The notes: a model not told the origin generated them from the letters alone. A stretch of 64,000 nt of DNA from Blastochloris sp. (GCA_034440395.1 JAWXBW010000013.1:4595-68594), one strand, 5' to 3'; shown: positions 25,267 to 35,212, counted from the first letter of the stretch. Program-made: numbers and translations.

Positions 25267-25541
25267 TGCAAACCATAACCAATTGGGATCAGATACCCGC
25301 CTTTAAAACCCTAGAGGAAGAACGGGATTACTGGATGGAGCACCAAGTGGAAGCGCGCATCATGCAGGGTGCCTGCGTTAAGTCTGATAGTAATGAATCT
25401 ACCACCATCACGCTTCGTATCGATCCTCGGATGTTGGCGCGTTTGAAACGACTAGCTGGGCAGCGTTATTTAAATTATCAAAGTATGTTGAAGCAATGGG
25501 TGGCAGAGCGTTTAGAAAAAGAGCTCGAAGGCCGCCCTTAG
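25266..25541 (+). CDS. BrnA-like antitoxin
   Basis: 91 aa. ITLRIDPRMLARLKRLAGQRYLNYQSMLKQWVAERLEKE matches the BrnA C-terminal signature. Confidence 0.6.
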   Translation: MQTITNWDQIPAFKTLEEERDYWMEHQVEARIMQGACVKSDSNESTTITLRIDPRMLARLKRLAGQRYLNYQSMLKQWVAERLEKELEGRP

Positions 25542-26461
25542 TTATCAAGTTTAAATTTTTCAGCTTCGCCCGTATTTTTTGCATACTCGAAGAGTTTTGC
25601 ATAAGGCTTTTTCTTAATATAACAAAGATAGAGTTTAATCCCCCTTTCCTTAAGTGTAGCGATAAATTTTTCGGTAGCTTTTATATCCTCTCCGTCCGCA
25701 AAGTCTGATAATAAATAAACACTCTCCGTCAAAGGTTTCCCTACTAGGGCGCGATACGTGGCGGAATACAGGTCATCTTGAGAAAAAATATTTTCTCTAG
25801 GACTAAAATCGTAATCAGCACCTCGAGCGCTGGCTGACTCAACTACTGATGCTTCAGGAAACTTTCTTTGAATTTGATCCCGCAGGGATTTATTGTATTC
25901 CGTCATGCTGCCAGAAATATCCAGCACCACAACAAGACCTCCTGCCCCTACAATCAGACCCCCGAGACGCCCCATGCCCGATCCAACACCCCGTCCTGAA
26001 CCGCTGCCACCACCGCTGCCTTTACTTCCTGATCCTTTCACTGCTAGGGCTGAGCCTGTGGAACTGGGTAGTTGAAATGAAGCTAGCGTATTGGTTGAAA
26101 TAAAATCAGGCATGGCAGCAAGCTGGGTAGCGCCACCAAGAGGTAATGAAGAACTAAAACCTCCCTCTAATTGACTAGAATTACCTACAACTTCCGAATT
26201 TGGTAAGGGATCGGGTTCCGTCACGATTTCATCTGTTATCTGTTCAACGACAACCTGAGGCTCTTCTGCATAGGCTTGCACTCGCCTCTCGTCTCGCACC
26301 TCACGCATGATGAGAGGGCTAAGGAGTAGTAAGATTAAAAAATGGATAAGCAAAGAAATGGTTAAGGTACGAAATTTCTCAGTCTTAGAAAAAAAGTGCC
26401 GCAGCAACATAGTGGGGTCTTTATGTGTACCTCGATGCGCGTTGAGAATGATTTTTTTCAT
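25538..26461 (-). CDS. Membrane-anchored protein with a Gly/Ser-rich linker and a short vWA-like domain
   Basis: 307 aa. TM segment LTISLLIHFLILLLLSPLI, linker GSGSKGSGGGSGSGRGVGSG, then VVVLDISGSM (DxSxS MIDAS motif). Confidence 0.55.
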   Translation of the reverse strand: MKKIILNAHRGTHKDPTMLLRHFFSKTEKFRTLTISLLIHFLILLLLSPLIMREVRDERRVQAYAEEPQVVVEQITDEIVTEPDPLPNSEVVGNSSQLEGGFSSSLPLGGATQLAAMPDFISTNTLASFQLPSSTGSALAVKGSGSKGSGGGSGSGRGVGSGMGRLGGLIVGAGGLVVVLDISGSMTEYNKSLRDQIQRKFPEASVVESASARGADYDFSPRENIFSQDDLYSATYRALVGKPLTESVYLLSDFADGEDIKATEKFIATLKERGIKLYLCYIKKKPYAKLFEYAKNTGEAEKFKLDN

Positions 26462-26570
26462 CGCTTCTACTAAAAAGAATACCGTAAATAAGCCTTAGTG
26501 TTAGTTGATTATTTAAAATAAAGTGAGCCTGCCTTGATCTTCTGCCAACAAACGTTTAGCTTATTCCTTT

Positions 26571-27941
26571 ATGCCTTCTTTCTATATCAAGACCTATGGT
26601 TGCCAGATGAATGAGCGGGACTCTGACCAAGTCGCTCGTCACCTGCAGCAACGCGGCTACACGAGAGCTCCGCATGAACGCGAGGCCGACGTGATCCTCC
26701 TCAATACCTGCTCCGTTCGTGATATGGCTGAGCAAAAAGCCATCGATAAAATGCACAATATAAAATCTTTAAAAAAGAAAAAACCAGCCCTCGTTCTGGG
26801 GTTCATGGGCTGTATGGCGCAAAGCCGTGGGGCAGAGTTATCTAAAATGATTCCTGGAGTTGATCTCGTCATTGGTACACAGAAATATCATCGAGTCGCT
26901 GATTATGTTGAAGGCCTTCTTCAACGCAACAACCAAGACATGGATAATTTACGCCAGCCCATTGTAGATACAGCAGAGGAAGAAGGTTCGCAAAATGCTA
27001 TCCGTGATCACACCACAGAAAAAACGGGAGTTACCGCATTTGTTTCGATCATGCAGGGCTGTAACATGCACTGCACCTTTTGCATCGTCCCCTACACGCG
27101 TGGATCCGAGCGCAGCAGACCGCTAGCGGAGATTGTAGCCGAGGTGAAAGATCTCGTTTTGCGTGGAGTGAAAGAAGTGACCCTACTTGGCCAGATTGTT
27201 AATTTATACGGACGCCATGAATTCCCTAAAGAAAAGGATCGATCTCCCTTCGTTCAGTTGCTTTATGCCTTGGACGCCATAGACGGTCTGGAACGGATCC
27301 GTTTTACCTCGCCCCATCCTATTGGTTATAAAGAAGATTTAATCCATGCCTTCAGTGATTTAGAAAAACTTTGTGAACACGTTCACCTACCTATGCAATC
27401 GGGCAGCACACGGATCTTGAAGCTTATGCATCGAACCTATTCCGCAGAACAGTATTTACGGCTTACGGAAAAAATACGAGCTGCCTGCCCTGAAGTGGCT
27501 CTCACTACAGACGTGATAGTGGGCTTTCCTGGGGAAACGGAAGAAGATTACCAACAGACCCGTCAACTCGTGCAGCAAGTAGCTTTTGATAATGCCTTTA
27601 TCTTCCGTTACTCCGAACGCCGCGGCACGCCAGCAGCCAGCTTGCTCGACCAAGTTGCGGAAGAAATAAAGGATCAACGTAATCAAGACCTACTACGTGT
27701 GATTGATGAAAGTGCCTTCAAAAAAGCAGAAGCTTTGAACGGACAAATTGTAGAAATTTTAGTAGAAGGCCCAAGTAAAAATAACATCGCCCGCTACTCT
27801 GGTCGCACTCGTGGCAATAAGCTCGTCATCATCCCCGCTGAGAGGCGGCACCTAGGGCAACTCCTACCCGTTCGTATCACCGAATCTACAGGGTTCACCT
27901 TTTATGGAGACCCCGCCATTCTCAACCTTGACCTAGCTTAG
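26571..27941 (+). CDS. miaB: tRNA-i6A37 methylthiotransferase MiaB
   Basis: 456 aa. YIKTYGCQMNERDS, radical-SAM CNMHCTFCIVP, and a C-terminal TRAM domain. Confidence 0.85.
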   Translation: MPSFYIKTYGCQMNERDSDQVARHLQQRGYTRAPHEREADVILLNTCSVRDMAEQKAIDKMHNIKSLKKKKPALVLGFMGCMAQSRGAELSKMIPGVDLVIGTQKYHRVADYVEGLLQRNNQDMDNLRQPIVDTAEEEGSQNAIRDHTTEKTGVTAFVSIMQGCNMHCTFCIVPYTRGSERSRPLAEIVAEVKDLVLRGVKEVTLLGQIVNLYGRHEFPKEKDRSPFVQLLYALDAIDGLERIRFTSPHPIGYKEDLIHAFSDLEKLCEHVHLPMQSGSTRILKLMHRTYSAEQYLRLTEKIRAACPEVALTTDVIVGFPGETEEDYQQTRQLVQQVAFDNAFIFRYSERRGTPAASLLDQVAEEIKDQRNQDLLRVIDESAFKKAEALNGQIVEILVEGPSKNNIARYSGRTRGNKLVIIPAERRHLGQLLPVRITESTGFTFYGDPAILNLDLA

Positions 27942-27979
27942 GACGCACTACTCAAAAACGAGTTGTGCCAGTATGGTCT

Positions 27980-29662
27980 TTATTCCATTTGCGGCACGAC
28001 GTTAATTCGGGATGTTATCTTCCGCAAGAACCGGCTGTTGCGCGTATCGATTAATTTCTTAAGCGTTTCTGAACTAAAAGGTTTTTGTAATAAAAAGAGA
28101 GAGTTTCCCTTAAATTCTTGGCGAAAACTCTTAAAATGTTCAGGAGGATAGCCACTCATGAGAATGACTTTAATAAAGGGAGGCTTAGCAAGTTTCTTTA
28201 AGTCCGCATACATTGTTCGAATAAATTCCAACCCGTCCATGCCTGGCATAGTAAAATCTACCAAAATCAATCGTGGCATTGTGCCCGCCCGCATCAAGTG
28301 GATCACTTCTTCAGCCTTGGCGAAAGATCTCACATTAAAACCGTTGAGTTGAAGTAAGAACTTAATCGATTCAACGACCACCTTATTATCATCAATAACA
28401 AAGGCCACTTTATTCTTGCTGGTGTCCGCAGGTAGGGGAAAATCAAGTGGCTCCTCGGAGGTTTCTGGAGCTTCCTCTGCCTCGTTCGTTTTAACATAAC
28501 GAGGCCAAACAAAAATCATACTGGTGCCCGTGCCATACTCAGACTGAACACTGATATTGCCACCATGCTGCTGCATAATGCCATGCACCATCGGTAGGCC
28601 TAACCCTGTGCCAGTTCCCAAGCCTTTTGTTGTGAAAAAAGGCTCAAATATCCGCGCCATATCTGCTACGCTAATGCCAGAACCCTTATCACTTACCGTC
28701 AGCTCTACTAAATTTTTCTCCGCTCTATGAGAAATGTGAATACTGCCTCCCTCTGGCATCGCATCACGGGAATTATTCATCACATTTAATAAAGAATGAC
28801 TCAGTGCGGTGTAGCAACCAAGAATCATCATGGACTCATCCGCCACCCCACCTTCGCACGTAGGCACTAACAATTCATCCACTTCAATCGTATAACGTGC
28901 TCCATACGAGCGGCGACAAAGTTCCACGACGTCATGAACCAAATCCGCCACATTTAAGGCATCCATCACTAGACTTTGTCTCCGAGCAAACCCTAGAAGA
29001 CTACGTGTAAGAGAGGCACCGTTAGTACAAGCTTTAATGATTCTTTCCATGGACGCTTTTAATTCCTCATCCTCACGGCGAGTCAGGTTAAGAAATTCTG
29101 CATTCCCCTGAATCGCCATAATGATGTTATTAAAATCATGAGCCACTCCACTGGCTAAAGCCCCGATGCTTTCCAGCTTACGAGCATTCATGACTTCCTC
29201 CTGCAAGCCCAGCCAAGGAGTCACATCACTAAAACTAAAATGAAACCAAAATGTCCAGCCATCGGGCTCTTGAATTTTATCCGTCCTAGCCTTAACCGCA
29301 AAAGCTAGGTGCTTAGGAATACGTAGCTCAAATACAGGTAGGGTCATCTGATGATCAGGCCCCATGCCCAGAAAAGCAGTAGAGAAATAGTGAGCTAATA
29401 ATTCTGGCAACTCCTCCCACTCAAGCGGCTCGTCACCAATATTGACTTTATTCAGGTCAAACATCTGGGCAGCAAAGCTATTTACATAACATATATAATA
29501 CGTGCCATCAGGCCCGACTCGTATGACCATCTCACAAGGCCCGCTAGACTGATCTAAAAACTGATTTATTAAATCTTTTTCAGCTGTGGCCAAGGCTATA
29601 GAAAGTTCTTTCACAAAAAATAAATCCTTAAGTTCAAATATCGAATTCTTGATTATGTGCAA
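27980..29662 (-). CDS. Hybrid sensor histidine kinase / response regulator
   Basis: 560 aa. PAS-like N-terminus, H-box SGVAHDFNNIIMAI, N box LNVMNNSRDAM, G boxes DKGSGI / GTGLGL, and a C-terminal receiver (VAFVIDDN...ILVDFTMPGMDG). Confidence 0.8.
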   Translation of the reverse strand: MHIIKNSIFELKDLFFVKELSIALATAEKDLINQFLDQSSGPCEMVIRVGPDGTYYICYVNSFAAQMFDLNKVNIGDEPLEWEELPELLAHYFSTAFLGMGPDHQMTLPVFELRIPKHLAFAVKARTDKIQEPDGWTFWFHFSFSDVTPWLGLQEEVMNARKLESIGALASGVAHDFNNIIMAIQGNAEFLNLTRREDEELKASMERIIKACTNGASLTRSLLGFARRQSLVMDALNVADLVHDVVELCRRSYGARYTIEVDELLVPTCEGGVADESMMILGCYTALSHSLLNVMNNSRDAMPEGGSIHISHRAEKNLVELTVSDKGSGISVADMARIFEPFFTTKGLGTGTGLGLPMVHGIMQQHGGNISVQSEYGTGTSMIFVWPRYVKTNEAEEAPETSEEPLDFPLPADTSKNKVAFVIDDNKVVVESIKFLLQLNGFNVRSFAKAEEVIHLMRAGTMPRLILVDFTMPGMDGLEFIRTMYADLKKLAKPPFIKVILMSGYPPEHFKSFRQEFKGNSLFLLQKPFSSETLKKLIDTRNSRFLRKITSRINVVPQME

Positions 29663-29717
29663 TTCACACTAAAAGACAAGAAGCACAATCTTACTGACAA
29701 GATGAGCAGTTTTTAGA

Positions 29718-30287
29718 ATGATCTTTAATCTTCTTATGATTTATTCCTTCACCCTTTCCTCCGTCTGTATTTTTCTTGGGGTCGCCTACCTCTTGAGCCA
29801 CGGCTTTGCTTTGCTCCAGCCGACCCTTTGCCAAAACATCCTTAAAAAAGCACCGCGCCATGAAGTCCTAGGGATATCTCTCATGGCTCTTGCCACAGGA
29901 TGGTTCTGCTGGGTGCTACTAAATGTGGATCTTATGGAATATACGCCCTACCGTAGGCTCTTTGTTTTCGCCATGCTTATTGGCGGGGGACTGGTCATTT
30001 TCTACGTGCGTCCTTTACTCACGGCACGAGCTCTCGGGGCTTTGTTACTCTTACTCGCTTATGTTCTACTTGACGCGTGCTTTATGCGCAACGAACCCTT
30101 AAAGCTAATCATCGTCGCCACGGCGTATTTATACATCATCGCTGGTATGATTTTGGTGGCATCCCCTTACTACCTGCGTGATGCCTTAGATTGGATCTAT
30201 CAAACCCCGCAGCGTGCCCAAGTAGCCGCTGTAGCTGGCTGTCTTTACGGAGTGATTCTACTTGTGCTTGGCCTCGTTGTATTTTAA
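29718..30287 (+). CDS. Hypothetical integral membrane protein
   Basis: 189 aa with about 6 predicted TM helices. No recognisable motif. Confidence 0.5.
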   Translation: MIFNLLMIYSFTLSSVCIFLGVAYLLSHGFALLQPTLCQNILKKAPRHEVLGISLMALATGWFCWVLLNVDLMEYTPYRRLFVFAMLIGGGLVIFYVRPLLTARALGALLLLLAYVLLDACFMRNEPLKLIIVATAYLYIIAGMILVASPYYLRDALDWIYQTPQRAQVAAVAGCLYGVILLVLGLVVF

Positions 30288-30346
30288 TGATCAGGACTAA
30301 ATTAGCCTACTCTTGCCCTGAGAACTAAGTGAGCTAGAGTTCGTGC

Positions 30347-31513
30347 ATGGGCTATCTCGAAGAAATTCTTTCCAATGAAACACTCCGGAACACCTTATTT
30401 CCCGTAACGCAGAAGCGCACATTTCTCGCTCATGCTGCTGTCACGACTCTTCCTAAACCTGCCACAGATGCCTTGCGCTGGTTTGCCGATAACTCCGAAC
30501 AGGATCATCAAGAGGCGGGAGACATCTGGCCTAGAACCCTCGGCACGCGCGCCGTGGCAGCTGCTTTGTTAGGTGCTGAGGAGCAGGAAATCGCTCTTCT
30601 CGGCCCAACAGCACTTGGGTTAAATTTAGTAGCAGACGGGCTTGCTTGGAATGCGGGTGACGAGGTGGTTTACTACGCCGATGATTACCCTGCCAATGTC
30701 TATCCATGGTTAAAGTTGCGAGCCCTAGGGGTCAAGACCGTCTCGGTTACAACGGAGGAGCCAGGCGTGATAACATGGGATCATGTTGAATGTGTCCTGA
30801 CCTCACGCACCAAGTTAGTTTCTTTAGCGAGCGCAAGTTTTCTCAGTGGCTATCGAGTCGATTTAGATGGAATAGGGCGTCGGCTGCGGGAGCGTGATAT
30901 TTTATTTTGCGTGGACGGGATACAAACGCTCGGAGCTTTTCCCGTGTCGGTGGAATACATTGATTTTTTAAGTGCTGATTCGCATAAATGGCTGCTCGGA
31001 CCGCTCGGAGCTGGAATATTTTATGTTAAAGAATCTAATTTTAGCCGGTTGAAACCTAGCTTACTCGGTTCGTGGAATGTGGAATCACCTAATTATATCG
31101 CCCAAGATAAAATCGAGTTTTACGCAGGTGCCCGCAGGTATGAGCCAGGCTCCCTAAACGTGCCAGGCATTTTATCCATGCGCGCTTCCATGGAACTGTT
31201 GCAACAAGTAGGAATGGAAGCGGTGGCTCAACGGCTTCTCCATCTACGTGCCTTCCTTATTCAACAAATGACAAATTTAGGTTACACGCTTTATTTACCA
31301 GAGCGCCAACTTGATGCCGAAAAGTCTGGAATCGTGACTTTTTGTTTGGGGGATGAGGCGAGAGCTTCTGGCTTAGTGCATAAATTGCGAGAGGCTAAAA
31401 TCACCGTATCTATTCGACATAATCGTCACGGCGCAAAACTTTTAAGAGTATCTCCCCATTTTTATAATACGGAGGCAGAACTAGGTCGCTTATTAGACGT
31501 TCTGCGATATTAA
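30347..31513 (+). CDS. Class V aminotransferase / cysteine-desulfurase-like PLP enzyme
   Basis: 388 aa. The PLP-Lys motif LSADSHKWLLGP is typical of the class V fold. No catalytic-Cys loop like that of the NifS gene at 3674. Confidence 0.75.
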   Translation: MGYLEEILSNETLRNTLFPVTQKRTFLAHAAVTTLPKPATDALRWFADNSEQDHQEAGDIWPRTLGTRAVAAALLGAEEQEIALLGPTALGLNLVADGLAWNAGDEVVYYADDYPANVYPWLKLRALGVKTVSVTTEEPGVITWDHVECVLTSRTKLVSLASASFLSGYRVDLDGIGRRLRERDILFCVDGIQTLGAFPVSVEYIDFLSADSHKWLLGPLGAGIFYVKESNFSRLKPSLLGSWNVESPNYIAQDKIEFYAGARRYEPGSLNVPGILSMRASMELLQQVGMEAVAQRLLHLRAFLIQQMTNLGYTLYLPERQLDAEKSGIVTFCLGDEARASGLVHKLREAKITVSIRHNRHGAKLLRVSPHFYNTEAELGRLLDVLRY

Positions 31514-31539
31514 GCGACTTACCCAGGCGTTCTGGTAAT

Positions 31540-32271
31540 TTATTTCACAGCAGCCCAAACGCGGTGGACATCATCATGGTCATCGAGGGCTTGGAGAAAC
31601 TCTCCTACCTCGGCGCGCTGCTCATCGTTTAATTCGGGGCACTGCTTGGGCAGATAACCCATCTCACTGGTAATCACGCTCCAACCGTTCGCCGTCAGCC
31701 ACTGGGAAACGTTGTGTATGGCGGTGCGGTCCGTGATAAAGCGCGCCCCGCAGGCGGGCTCAGGTATTTCATCATTTTGGGTATGACTCATGGACTCGAC
31801 TTCATTCGCCCCAGCTTCAATGGCGGCTCCTTCCACGTCAGTAGCGACATCAACACAATGTGCTTCTACTAAGCCAACGTGGTCAAAGAGGAACTTATTG
31901 CTACCTGAGGCGCCGAGCTGACCTTTTTTGAAAAGCACGCGAAGCTCAGGAGCCGTGCGGTTATTGTTATCCGTAAAGACTTCTACAATCACAGGAACTT
32001 TATGAGGCGCATAGCCTTCAAAATTCACCTGCTCGATAATGAGCTTGTCATCACCAACTCCAGCACCTTTTTTGATCGCTCGTTCAATGGCATCGCGGGT
32101 GACGCTTTCACGCTTGGCTCGGTCTATAGCCGTTGCTAAGTGAGAATTAGAGGTGGGATCGGCTCCCCCGTGCTTGGCCGCAACCATGATGTCTTTGACT
32201 AGTTTTCCGTTGGCTTGGGATTTTTTTAATCCCGCCACCGCCCGCTTAGCATGTAACCATTGACGTCCCAT
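31540..32271 (-). CDS. yebC: YebC/PmpR-family DNA-binding regulator
   Basis: 243 aa. KRAVAGLKKSQANGKL..., AIERAIKKGAG, and FEGYAPHKVPVIVE. Confidence 0.85.
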   Translation of the reverse strand: MGRQWLHAKRAVAGLKKSQANGKLVKDIMVAAKHGGADPTSNSHLATAIDRAKRESVTRDAIERAIKKGAGVGDDKLIIEQVNFEGYAPHKVPVIVEVFTDNNNRTAPELRVLFKKGQLGASGSNKFLFDHVGLVEAHCVDVATDVEGAAIEAGANEVESMSHTQNDEIPEPACGARFITDRTAIHNVSQWLTANGWSVITSEMGYLPKQCPELNDEQRAEVGEFLQALDDHDDVHRVWAAVK

Positions 32272-32395
32272 TAGCAGAACAATAGACAGCAGCTTACGCT
32301 CAGCCAGTTAAAAATCTGTGCTTAAACGCACCTTGACTATTGATTGTAAAAAAATCTATGCCAACGTTAACATGTTAGAGGAAAGGTTCCAATTT

Positions 32396-35125
32396 ATGAA
32401 TCCCGTTTATTTGTCAATTAATAGCGAGTCCTGCGGTCCTTATACACTTCCTGAATTAAAAATTCTCCGTAGGCACGGGGTCGTTACCGATTTGACGCCT
32501 ATCTTCAATAAAGAAGAAGATACATGGACGCCCTTAAAAGAGGTCAAAGAACTTTACGCTGCGCTGGAGGAAAAAACGCATGGCGAAGCGACCCAACTTC
32601 TTGATCAATTAAAACAAGTCCACACGCTTTTATCCCATCCAGAAAAATTGAAGGCTTTTGACCCCGAGGCCGTGGCAAAAGAGCTTCAGCAAATCCTAGC
32701 AAAGTTACCTCGCTTTCTCGTGATGCCTGAATACCTAACGGTAGATGAAATTTCAGGGTGGTTAAAACCCGTCGTTGAAGAAACGAAAGAACTGAGCACA
32801 GGAATTCAGCAAGAATCCTTACGTTTATTAGAAGGGCAAAAGCAGCTTGCTAGCCACATTAGCTCTACGGACGGATTAAATTCTAGCTTGGCCTCGCAAC
32901 TTAAACAAGAGGCAGAAGGTCGCGCTAAGTGGTTGGAAGAAACTTTATTGGAACTAGATTCCCGACGACTAGACGGTTTGCGTAAGCTCATGGAAGGTAT
33001 GGATCTTCGCCTGACAGGGTTCGAACAGCGCAGAGTCGAGGCCGAGACTGAGGATCAGAAGTCACGTAAAGAATTGTTAGATTCCATGATTAAGGCGGAA
33101 GACCTGCAGGTGCAGCTCAAGTCCAGATTGCGCGAAGATGTCGATTCTAGGACGAGTTGGCTAACGGCGGCACTAAACCAATTAGAAACGGGTCGCCAAC
33201 ATACGAGTGTGGAATGGCGGCAGGCTGTGGAGGAACTTTTAACTGAGCAATTCGCAGAGCAGTCGGAAAAAACTGTGAAATTGGCTGAGAATCTTGCCAT
33301 AGCTAAGCGAGAACTACACGAAACACTAGCGGATAAAATGAGCGTCGTGCAGCTAGACCTTCGTGCGCAATCTGAAATTATAGAAACGGCTCAAAAAAAC
33401 TTAGCAGATGGCATAGCCGTAAACCAAGTCAAGTGGGTTGCACTTTGGGAGCAGTTAAGTAAGAAAAATCAGTCTCAGTACGAAGCCTTGGAGCTGCAAG
33501 CAGCACAACTTAAAACGGAGGGATCGGAGCGTGCCATTCTCTTGCAGGGTATGCTCAAAGATCGATTTTCTGTTGAAGACACAACCGCTAAGGCACAGGA
33601 AGAGCGTGAATTAAAAATCGAATCGGTTCAAACTACCTATTTTCAATTTATAGGTGATTATTTTGAATGGGTTAAGCATGAATTAACCTCTGCCACAGAA
33701 TTACGACTACAACAGGCAGAACTTCAAGCTAAACAAAGTGAGCTACAAGCTGTGGCGCAAACTAAGCTTGAGCAACTACTAGATAAAAGAGCGACGGAAT
33801 CCAAAAACCATAAGCAAGAAATCCTTAAAGCATTTGATCAAAAGCAGCTAGAGCAACATGAACTACGTAACTCTAACCAAACAGCCTTGGTCAGCCTTTT
33901 AGAAAAAGAAGGTGTTGAGCGTCAAAGCCTTGGGCAGAAGCTCTCTGAGCTCACAAGCAGCCAACATGCGGAAATCTTACGGTATATGGGAGAATCCATT
34001 ACCGATCTTCGATTCCAGCAAGAAGCCACACGCCGAGCTGATCAGGCGATTTTAGTAGAACTACACAATAACAACGCATTAGAGTTGAAGAATTTTAAGC
34101 AGGAATTTCAAGAGACAGCGGAGCAAAAATATCTAGCCAACCAAGAATATTTTAAAAATGCACTAGCCACCCTTCAAGCCCAGCAAAATGAGGCTCGTCA
34201 GGCTGATCAAATGAGCCTAGTCCAACTTTTTGGTAAAAGTAAAAACGATCTTTTAGAGTTTAAAAAAACGGTGCTCGTCACCATGGAGCAAAACCAATTA
34301 GACAGTCAGCAGCAACTAGAAAAGTTACTGGCAAACGTACAGGATCAAATTTTACGTCAACTCGCACAAGGCGAACAAGATGTCCAAGAAAGCCTGAAAC
34401 AGAATGACTCTAACCTTTCGGCAGTTGATGCAAATTTGCGTCAATTCCTGCAAAAGCAAGATGCGTTCGAGTCCTTGCTAAGAGATAGCCAGTCTCAACT
34501 CACTCGTATTCTCACGGCTGATGCTGAGAGAAGTCAACAAATTGAGAATATGCAAAGCACTCTAGGAGATTCCAATAGTTCACTTGTCGGTCGAGTTGAT
34601 AAATGGATGGATGACGAGCCTACTCGCCAAGCTTCTGCTCAGGGATTTTTACAACTAGGATTGCAGGAAGTGCGCATGGGGTTGCATTCTGGCTTCGCCA
34701 AACAAATGCCAGAGCAATGGTCAGCATCCTTAAATGATTTAGGAAATAAAGTTCATTCTATCCAGCAACAGCTTGACTCAATGATCCGTGAACTACCACT
34801 CCGGCTTGAATCAAGTATGGTGAAGCAAGAGAAAAACTTAATGGCGGACACAGAAAGCCGGTTCAACGATTCTTCCACTGCACTGCGTGGTTCGATGGAA
34901 AATCTTTTCTCTGTGTTAGATACCATTTCCAAACAGGTACTAGATGCTAGTGAACGATTAGCCGTATTAAAAAATGTCACTGCACGTGTCGATGGTATGG
35001 AAAAACAGACAACGGAAATGCTAAGTCAAGTCGAACAGCAACGCATGGAGGCGCGTATGGAGTCGGCTAAGTCCGCCGTCGTTATTTCTAGTAAAGTGAG
35101 AAGACAAAGATCCCCGCGCAATTAG
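32396..35125 (+). CDS. GYF_2-like N-terminal domain plus roughly 850-aa coiled-coil protein
   Basis: MNPVYLSINSESCGPYTLPELKILRRHGVVTDLTPIFNKEEDTWTPLKEVKELY fits the bacterial GYF_2/DUF4339 pattern. The rest is Q/E/L/K-rich with heptad character and includes three tandem 55-aa repeats (33845..34339). The track ORF starts at GTG 32318; ATG 32396 is preferred. Confidence 0.65.
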   Translation: MNPVYLSINSESCGPYTLPELKILRRHGVVTDLTPIFNKEEDTWTPLKEVKELYAALEEKTHGEATQLLDQLKQVHTLLSHPEKLKAFDPEAVAKELQQILAKLPRFLVMPEYLTVDEISGWLKPVVEETKELSTGIQQESLRLLEGQKQLASHISSTDGLNSSLASQLKQEAEGRAKWLEETLLELDSRRLDGLRKLMEGMDLRLTGFEQRRVEAETEDQKSRKELLDSMIKAEDLQVQLKSRLREDVDSRTSWLTAALNQLETGRQHTSVEWRQAVEELLTEQFAEQSEKTVKLAENLAIAKRELHETLADKMSVVQLDLRAQSEIIETAQKNLADGIAVNQVKWVALWEQLSKKNQSQYEALELQAAQLKTEGSERAILLQGMLKDRFSVEDTTAKAQEERELKIESVQTTYFQFIGDYFEWVKHELTSATELRLQQAELQAKQSELQAVAQTKLEQLLDKRATESKNHKQEILKAFDQKQLEQHELRNSNQTALVSLLEKEGVERQSLGQKLSELTSSQHAEILRYMGESITDLRFQQEATRRADQAILVELHNNNALELKNFKQEFQETAEQKYLANQEYFKNALATLQAQQNEARQADQMSLVQLFGKSKNDLLEFKKTVLVTMEQNQLDSQQQLEKLLANVQDQILRQLAQGEQDVQESLKQNDSNLSAVDANLRQFLQKQDAFESLLRDSQSQLTRILTADAERSQQIENMQSTLGDSNSSLVGRVDKWMDDEPTRQASAQGFLQLGLQEVRMGLHSGFAKQMPEQWSASLNDLGNKVHSIQQQLDSMIRELPLRLESSMVKQEKNLMADTESRFNDSSTALRGSMENLFSVLDTISKQVLDASERLAVLKNVTARVDGMEKQTTEMLSQVEQQRMEARMESAKSAVVISSKVRRQRSPRN

Positions 35126-35212
35126 CTAGATTCACGCCACCTAGAATTTTCTAGGGAATAAAATGATAAGGAAAATCTCTTATTAAAGGATTCACCTTCA
35201 TAGAATTTATTT

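Noticed and set aside
25893-26103. Repetitive-looking GGT/GGC/AGC-rich stretch that might be taken for a tandem repeat or array
   Set aside because: It is the Gly/Ser linker (GSGSKGSGGGSGSGRGVGSG) of the vWA gene read on the minus strand. The Pro-rich plus-strand ORFs 25849..26103 and 25893..26075 are its mirror image.
32318-32395. GTG 32318 as the start of the coiled-coil gene
   Set aside because: The GYF_2-like domain begins right at Met27 (ATG 32396). The upstream 26 codons would begin only 46 nt from the divergent yebC start. This remains possible but less likely.
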